A stretch of 64,000 bases of DNA from an uncultured candidate division Zixibacteria bacterium (GTDB lineage: Bacteria > Zixibacteria > MSB-5A5 > GN15 > FEB-12), in NCBI GenBank assembly GCA_963664195.1, contig OY760907.1, positions 3,200,001 through 3,264,000 of the forward strand, given 5' to 3'. Shown here piece after piece: positions 58,183-64,000 of the stretch (positions are counted from its first letter, which is position 1; the number at the start of each line of letters is the position of its first letter). The notes beneath the pieces are model-generated. The model was not told the origin of the DNA. It saw nothing but the letters and a program-made list of their open reading frames with translations, and did not search any database. A program made the translations under genes and the position numbers.

Positions 58183-59525
58183 TGAGAAAACTCAGCCCGG
58201 TCAAGCATATCAGCGGCACGATCTCCATGCCTGGCGACAAGTCCATAGCACACCGTGCGGCACTTCTGTCCATCCTGGCCCGTGAGCCAATCTCGGTCAG
58301 AAACTTTCCGTCAGGGGCCGACTGTCAGACCTCTCTGGGAGCTGCCAGGCAGCTCGGCGTCACAGTTGCAAGCGGAGATGACGGCGAAACCATTCTCACT
58401 CCGCCGGAGAACCTGCCTAGTGGATCTGACACGCTTGTCGATTGTGGCAACTCAGGAACCACTGCCCGACTGCTCTCGGGAATTGTGGCAGGCTCCAGCA
58501 CCAGTGCGGTCCTGTCTGGCGACGAGTCTTTGTCCACCCGCCCGATGTCCCGTATCGTAAAACCTCTCGCCGACATGGGGGCGGAGTTGTTCGATACCGA
58601 AGGACATCTTCCGTTGACCGTCAGGGGCAAGAAACTCCTGCCGTTTGAATACCGGATGCCGGTAGCCTCGGCGCAGGTGAAGTCTGCGATTCTTCTCGCC
58701 GGGCTGGCCTCGGGATGCTCCGTAACGATTCAGGAAAAGATCATAACTCGCGACCACACCGAACTTATGATAGCAGCCCTCGGAGGCGGCATATCAACGC
58801 GGGTGATCAAACCCGTGGTTGAGGACGATCCTGATGATCCCCGCAAGAAGAAGCGCTTCATGCCGGAACCGTTCAAGAAGGAGATCACGCTTGCATCCGG
58901 CGCCAGCATAGCTGGTGGCTCGATTGATATCCCGGGTGACATCTCGACCGCTGCGTTCTTTTTTGCGGCAGCCGCCATATCCGGGCAGACAATCACCGTG
59001 CGACGTTGCGGATTGAATCCGACTCGCACCGCCTTTCTCGACTTCCTTAAGCAAATCGGCTGCGCGGTTGAAATTACTGAGAAGGAACTCTCGGGCGGTG
59101 AACCTTGTGGAACGGTGATTGTAACAGGCGGCCCGCTGAAATCGCGGAAGATAGCCGGTGATTCCACGGTCGGGCTGATAGACGAGATTCCGATCATCGC
59201 CGTCATCGCGGCCTTCGCCAAGGGGACGACCGTAATACGAGATGCCGCCGAGTTGAAAGTCAAGGAATCCAACCGCCTTGAGGCCATCGCACACAATCTC
59301 GGACTCATGGGCATATCGTGCGGACTGCTCGAAGACGGCTTGGCCATTGAAGGCGGCATTGACCCCAGCGGCGCAGACTTCAAGAGTTTCGGAGATCACC
59401 GCATCGCGATGGCGTTTTCTATCGCCTCGCTGTTCGCAACTGGACCGTCGACAATCGACGACGACAGCGTAGTAGACATCTCGTGTCCTGAGTTCTATAA
59501 CTTGCTGGACAACATCACCGGATGA
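58182..59525 (+). CDS. aroA: EPSP synthase
   Basis: PGDKSIAHR, DCGNSGTTARL, ASAQVKS, RDHTE, KESNR, DHRIAM. Confidence 0.95.
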   Translation: MRKLSPVKHISGTISMPGDKSIAHRAALLSILAREPISVRNFPSGADCQTSLGAARQLGVTVASGDDGETILTPPENLPSGSDTLVDCGNSGTTARLLSGIVAGSSTSAVLSGDESLSTRPMSRIVKPLADMGAELFDTEGHLPLTVRGKKLLPFEYRMPVASAQVKSAILLAGLASGCSVTIQEKIITRDHTELMIAALGGGISTRVIKPVVEDDPDDPRKKKRFMPEPFKKEITLASGASIAGGSIDIPGDISTAAFFFAAAAISGQTITVRRCGLNPTRTAFLDFLKQIGCAVEITEKELSGGEPCGTVIVTGGPLKSRKIAGDSTVGLIDEIPIIAVIAAFAKGTTVIRDAAELKVKESNRLEAIAHNLGLMGISCGLLEDGLAIEGGIDPSGADFKSFGDHRIAMAFSIASLFATGPSTIDDDSVVDISCPEFYNLLDNITG

Positions 59526-60373
59526 AAAGCCTGCACTTTGCCCTTATCGGGGAAGATATCGAGTACTCGTTGTCGCCACGCATTTTCGACGCGGTCTTTG
59601 AGCAGTTGCGCGTAGACGGCCAATTCGAAGTGCACAGCGTACGGGCCGCTGAGTTGTCCTCGCGTCTCCGCCAGATGTCGCTCGATGGCATCACCGGCTT
59701 CTCTGTCACTATCCCGTACAAACAAGCTGTCATCCCGCACCTCGACGACATCGGCCCCGTCGCCAATACAGTACAGGCCGTGAATTCGATTGTGGTGCAG
59801 GACAGCCAATTGTTTGGCTACAACACTGACTGCCACGGCTTCTCATTCGCATTGAAACCGCACAAATCTCTGATCATCGGAGGCACCGCAGTGCTTCTCG
59901 GAAGCGGGGGAGCTGCCAGAGCCGCGATTCATGCCCTGTACAAAGACTTTGGCCTTCGCAGCTTCCTGGTCGCCGGAAGATCACCGGAGAAAGCCGCTGT
60001 AACTGCCGAGCGGATGGAGACGGCCCTTCCCGGTGCCACAGTCACTTCAACTTCATTGAACGAAGTTGTTGCTGTGATGTCAGACTCCTCTCTGGTCGTC
60101 AACTGTACGCCGCTCGGCGGACCAAATCACATAGATCGGTCGCCGCTGCCCTCGGGGTTTGACCTCAGCAAGGTGAAGCTGTATTTCGACTTGAATTACA
60201 ATACGGATAACATGTTCATAAATAAGGCCAGAGAAACCGGTATTGTTGCTCTCGATGGCTCAGCCATGCTGGTGGCTCAGGCACTGAAATCACTCGACAT
60301 CTGGACAGGACAGACAGTTAATTTCGATCCGGTGTACGAAGCTGTGTTCGGTAAACCAGCCTCACGATGGTAG
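59522..60373 (+). CDS. aroE: Shikimate dehydrogenase
   Basis: SLSP, SVTIPYK, AVNSI, GYNTD, GSGGAARA, NCTPLG, DLNY. Confidence 0.93.
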   Translation: MKSLHFALIGEDIEYSLSPRIFDAVFEQLRVDGQFEVHSVRAAELSSRLRQMSLDGITGFSVTIPYKQAVIPHLDDIGPVANTVQAVNSIVVQDSQLFGYNTDCHGFSFALKPHKSLIIGGTAVLLGSGGAARAAIHALYKDFGLRSFLVAGRSPEKAAVTAERMETALPGATVTSTSLNEVVAVMSDSSLVVNCTPLGGPNHIDRSPLPSGFDLSKVKLYFDLNYNTDNMFINKARETGIVALDGSAMLVAQALKSLDIWTGQTVNFDPVYEAVFGKPASRW

Positions 60374-60383
60374 GATTGTTCTT

Positions 60384-60944
60384 TTGGCCAAGATCAACCA
60401 CAGACTGTTTCTCATTGGTTTCTCCGGCTCGGGGAAATCCACCGTCGGGCCACTTGTGGCAATCAAGCTGGGTGTCAGATTCGCTGACGTTGACTCGGTG
60501 ATTGAGAAGAATGCAGGATGCAGTATCCCGGAAATTTTTGCGGAACAAGGTGAGAACCAGTTCCGTCATCTCGAGCAGGAAGCAGTGCACGAAGTCATTC
60601 AGAGCAAAAGCGCCTACGGAGTAGTCGCACTCGGTGGCGGTGCCTTTGAAAGCAGTTACATACGCGATATCGTGGCGAGGAACGGCAACACCGTCTATCT
60701 GAGCTGCGCCGCCGATGAGATATACCGTCGTCTCAAACGAAAATCCGACCGGCCTCTGTTGCAGGTCGAATCCAAATCGGGAAAGACTCTTCGCAGTGCC
60801 AGGTTACGACGCATCGGCAAGTTACTTACAGCACGAAAGCTGAACTACGGTCGGGCCGATTGGGCCATCTCCACCACGAGAAGAAGTCCGCAGGAAGTTG
60901 CAGAGATTATCGTCGCCCGGTTCCTGAAGGAGAGCAAAGCATGA
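60384..60944 (+). CDS. aroK: Shikimate kinase
   Basis: GFSGSGKST, GENQFR..E, ALGGG, RPLL. Confidence 0.93.
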   Translation: MAKINHRLFLIGFSGSGKSTVGPLVAIKLGVRFADVDSVIEKNAGCSIPEIFAEQGENQFRHLEQEAVHEVIQSKSAYGVVALGGGAFESSYIRDIVARNGNTVYLSCAADEIYRRLKRKSDRPLLQVESKSGKTLRSARLRRIGKLLTARKLNYGRADWAISTTRRSPQEVAEIIVARFLKESKA

Positions 60945-62056
60945 CAGTTATCCAAGTCAAGACGGCTCAACACAAGTATCCGGTTGAAGTCGGCGTCGAT
61001 ATCGGCAAACAGTTGCTAAGGCTCACCAGATCGGAGACCGCCAACGGACGACTTTTTGTCTTCTATGACGCTCAGTTCTATGCCCTCTTCGGGCGAAGGT
61101 TCAGCAAAGACATACATAAGACGGCGCCAAAGAGAGCCATTGAGATGGTCCTGCCATCCGGCGAGAAAACCAAATCACCGAAAATGCTCTCCGAAATCTA
61201 CGGGTTCCTGTTGGAACAGAAAATAACCCGGTCCGACTTCATTCTGGCAGTGGGCGGAGGAGTTACCACTGATCTTGTCGGCTACGCGGCAGCGACGATT
61301 CTTCGCGGCCTGAAATGGGGAGCCGTTCCGACCACATTACTGGGCATGGTCGATGCCGCTATCGGCGGAAAGACCGGCATCAATCACGCCCTGGGCAAAA
61401 ACATGATCGGTGCATTCTGGCAACCGAGATTTGTCTGCTGCGATGTCGGCTTTCTCAGTACTTTGCCTGGACGCCAGTTGACTGCCGGCCTGGGCGAAGT
61501 CCTCAAGTACGCCGGCCTGGCCGGAGGCAAGATGCAGAAGCACTTGTCCTTGTACGTCAGCGACCAGAACCCCGACTACTGCGCCGTGATGACCGACCTT
61601 GTCCGTTCTTCGGCTGCGTACAAAGCGAAAATCGTCACCGGAGACGAACGCGAATCCGGTCTCAGAATGCTGCTCAATTACGGTCACACTTTTGGCCACG
61701 GAATCGAAACTGCCCTCGGTCACGGCCGCCTGCTTCACGGTGAAGCGGTAATACTGGGTATCCACGCAGCTCTGGAACTGGGAAGACTCCACGGACACGA
61801 ATCAGCGGCGCTCACAGGATATCAAGAATTGGTGGAGAGGTTCATCGACGAACTGCCGAATAGAAAGATAGATGCGGTAGCGGTCCGGGAAGCGATGGCA
61901 CTGGACAAGAAACGCTCAGCCAAGGGTCTCAGATTTGTCTTGCTTGAGAAGCCGGGAAAACCGATAATCTGTGACAATGTAGACCACAGATCTATGACCG
62001 TGGCGTTGAAACAAACGCTGGCCGTGTACGCAAACCGTGGAGGCAGAAATGCCTAA
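60941..62056 (+). CDS. aroB: 3-dehydroquinate synthase
   Basis: GGGVTTDLVG, PTTLLGMVDAAIGGKTGIN, LNYGHTFGH, HGEAV, DKK. Confidence 0.95.
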   Translation: MTVIQVKTAQHKYPVEVGVDIGKQLLRLTRSETANGRLFVFYDAQFYALFGRRFSKDIHKTAPKRAIEMVLPSGEKTKSPKMLSEIYGFLLEQKITRSDFILAVGGGVTTDLVGYAAATILRGLKWGAVPTTLLGMVDAAIGGKTGINHALGKNMIGAFWQPRFVCCDVGFLSTLPGRQLTAGLGEVLKYAGLAGGKMQKHLSLYVSDQNPDYCAVMTDLVRSSAAYKAKIVTGDERESGLRMLLNYGHTFGHGIETALGHGRLLHGEAVILGIHAALELGRLHGHESAALTGYQELVERFIDELPNRKIDAVAVREAMALDKKRSAKGLRFVLLEKPGKPIICDNVDHRSMTVALKQTLAVYANRGGRNA

Positions 62057-62486
62057 AATACTCGTGGTAAATGGTCCAAACCTCAATCTTCTGGGCAAAC
62101 GTGAGCCAGATATCTACGGAGCGACTTCACTTGACGAGATCAACGAAGGTCTTGAAGCAAGAGCCGCCGCGTCTGGAGGCGAAATCGTCGCGTTCCAGTC
62201 GAATCATGAGGGTGCCATCATTGATTTCATTCAGAGAGAGGGCGAAACCGCCGCCGGCCTGATTATAAACCCCGGCGCCTACACCCATTACAGCTATGCC
62301 ATCCGGGATGCCATAGTCGCAGTAACAGTAAGAGCAATAGAGGTCCATGTTTCAAATGTGCATGCCAGACAGGAATTCCGTCAGAAATCAGTTATCGCTC
62401 CGGTCTGTGTGGGACAAATATCAGGACTCGGCGAAATCGGATACCACGCCGCGCTCACTTATTTCCTGGAACACTCTGAGGGCTAG
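62049..62486 (+). CDS. aroQ: Type II 3-dehydroquinate dehydratase
   Basis: NGPNLNLLGKREPDIYG, FQSNHEG, INPGAYTH, EVHVSN. Confidence 0.95.
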   Translation: MPKILVVNGPNLNLLGKREPDIYGATSLDEINEGLEARAAASGGEIVAFQSNHEGAIIDFIQREGETAAGLIINPGAYTHYSYAIRDAIVAVTVRAIEVHVSNVHARQEFRQKSVIAPVCVGQISGLGEIGYHAALTYFLEHSEG

Positions 62487-62490
62487 TATA

Positions 62491-64000
62491 ATGAGAAAAC
62501 TTACGTTCTTAACGTTGTTGGCTGTTTGCCTGATGTTGGCAGTTTCGTGTCAGAGGCAGGATACTGCTGGTTCCGCCAGCGGGAGCGAGGGGGACGTTGG
62601 ACTGACACTGGACTCCCTGGAACTAAAATACTCTCAGATTAGCTTCCGCACGGCGGAAGAGACGTGGCAGAAGCTGACCGACGGGTATTCTGACTCACTT
62701 GCGTTTTTCCAGAGGATGGAGCGTTCGGTGATGGGCCAGGAGAACGTGTTTGACGCCCTCCGCAACGGTCGGGCACGTCTTGACTCCGAGGTAGACGAGC
62801 GTCGATATGACTTGTTGTATCCTCGTGTGCTCCAGGCATACCTGGACAACTCGTCCAAGATTTATCCACTGGCCGATTCCTTGCGCGAATTCTACAGCCA
62901 GGATTGGCGTATCTTCGAGACCAAAAGACAACCTCTTGCGCAGATCCGCGAGGTAGTGGAACAGGACAACAATCGGAGCAATCGCGAACTGGCCTACCGC
63001 GCCCTGGCGACATCCAGCGAAGAACATACGGACCAACTGGGACGTCTCTTCCGTATGCGCAATCAAGCTGCCAAGAAGATGGGATTCAACGATTACTTCC
63101 GACTGGCCGGCAGTGCCGTTTCCGATGATTACCGCAAGTTGATTGACGATGTCGATGAGGCCACAAAGGAAGCTTACGAACAGACACTCCGCGGTCTGCA
63201 ATCGCAAAACGCCGGACCGCCTGAAGTCTGGGACTGGCACCACACCTACCTGAGAGCTTTCACCGAGGTGGACCGCAGTTTCCCGGTCGATTCGCAAATG
63301 ACTTTCGTGTATCGAAGTTTCGACGCGCTCGGTTTCAAGTTGACTGCTTTGCCAATCTTCTTCCACATAACTGAAGACACGTCGACTCCCGCTTTTGCAA
63401 CCACTGTAGTCGTTGATGCGCCCGCGGATATCCGCGTTGTCGCTAACCTCGTCGACGGTTTTGCCAGCATGCAGAGACTCATGGGGGCTGTAGGACTGGC
63501 AGTACGAGCAGCCGAGGTATCCCAGGAAGACCCTTTGTTCGCTCGCGCAAACGATCAAGCCCTGCTTGACGGTATCCAGCGCTTCTTTGCGCATGTCTGC
63601 TACCGCCCGGAATGGCTCAAGACCTACGGCAAGCTCTCCGACGGTGCCATCTCCAGATTCGGCGATGCCGCACGGTCAATTGAATTACTGAGTATTCGTC
63701 TCATGCTCGTTAATGCCAGATTCGAATTCGAGGCCTACCAGAACCCGAATCGAAATCTGAACAACCTGTACTGGGACATGTTCGCCGAATACACTTCCTT
63801 GCCCAAACACACGGACCTCAGCCCCTGGGCTTCATGTACGGGCTTCCTTGAGCGTCCGCTGACCCATGGTGCTCATCTCCAATCCGCTGTTATTGCAGCA
63901 CAGACAATGGACTACGTAGTGGATAACTACGGCGGAGTGGCGGACAACGCTGATATTCGGGCGTTTCTGGTGCAGAATTACTTCCGATTCGGTAGCCGCT
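62491..64000 (+). CDS. Lipoprotein with M3/M2 metallopeptidase-like fold, apparently lacking HExxH (partial, runs off the window)
   Basis: Open from ATG 62491 to the window end; lipobox LAVSC; RNQAAKKMGFNDYF, DIRVVAN, PEWL, FEFEAYQNP...LYWDM. Confidence 0.7.
   Translation, partial: MRKLTFLTLLAVCLMLAVSCQRQDTAGSASGSEGDVGLTLDSLELKYSQISFRTAEETWQKLTDGYSDSLAFFQRMERSVMGQENVFDALRNGRARLDSEVDERRYDLLYPRVLQAYLDNSSKIYPLADSLREFYSQDWRIFETKRQPLAQIREVVEQDNNRSNRELAYRALATSSEEHTDQLGRLFRMRNQAAKKMGFNDYFRLAGSAVSDDYRKLIDDVDEATKEAYEQTLRGLQSQNAGPPEVWDWHHTYLRAFTEVDRSFPVDSQMTFVYRSFDALGFKLTALPIFFHITEDTSTPAFATTVVVDAPADIRVVANLVDGFASMQRLMGAVGLAVRAAEVSQEDPLFARANDQALLDGIQRFFAHVCYRPEWLKTYGKLSDGAISRFGDAARSIELLSIRLMLVNARFEFEAYQNPNRNLNNLYWDMFAEYTSLPKHTDLSPWASCTGFLERPLTHGAHLQSAVIAAQTMDYVVDNYGGVADNADIRAFLVQNYFRFGSR

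Overview
Bacterial chromosomal window, GC-rich. The Cys-flanked dockerin-like tails (CC-x-GNxDG...MGDLTxLIDHLFI) resemble those of candidate division Zixibacteria, but this assignment is inference only. From left to right: (1) a MinD-type Fe-S ATPase/NifX cluster; (2) an ion-homeostasis block (TerC, NhaR, Kef-type antiporter, MscS and an SLC12-like permease split by an IS3-family element with a 4-bp target duplication); (3) tRNA-Leu followed by the main point of interest, two tandem secreted genes that the ORF track splits at an in-frame TGA. Each TGA lies in a U-S-S-C thioredoxin-type motif and is followed by a covarying SECIS-like hairpin, so these are probable selenoproteins with PKD-like and dockerin domains. 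They sit next to four secreted cohesin-like + dockerin genes, and two multi-dockerin genes lie at 35.8-37.6 kb. Together these suggest a non-cellulosomal cohesin-dockerin surface assembly with selenium redox subunits; (4) FAD oxidase, glutamate dehydrogenase, an orphan DRTGG/kinase/[FeFe]-hydrogenase-like module, wbpB-like dehydrogenase, a fungal-type single-chain homoaconitase and hisS; (5) tRNA-Phe with a cluster of GTAG REP-like palindromes and a pentapeptide-repeat pseudogene; (6) a DapF homologue with both catalytic Cys replaced by Ser, coupled to trpEGD-MFS-trpCFBA, then argS, aroF-aroA-aroE-aroK-aroB-aroQ and a partial M3/M2-peptidase-like lipoprotein lacking HExxH. All family assignments come from motif recognition; no database search was run.
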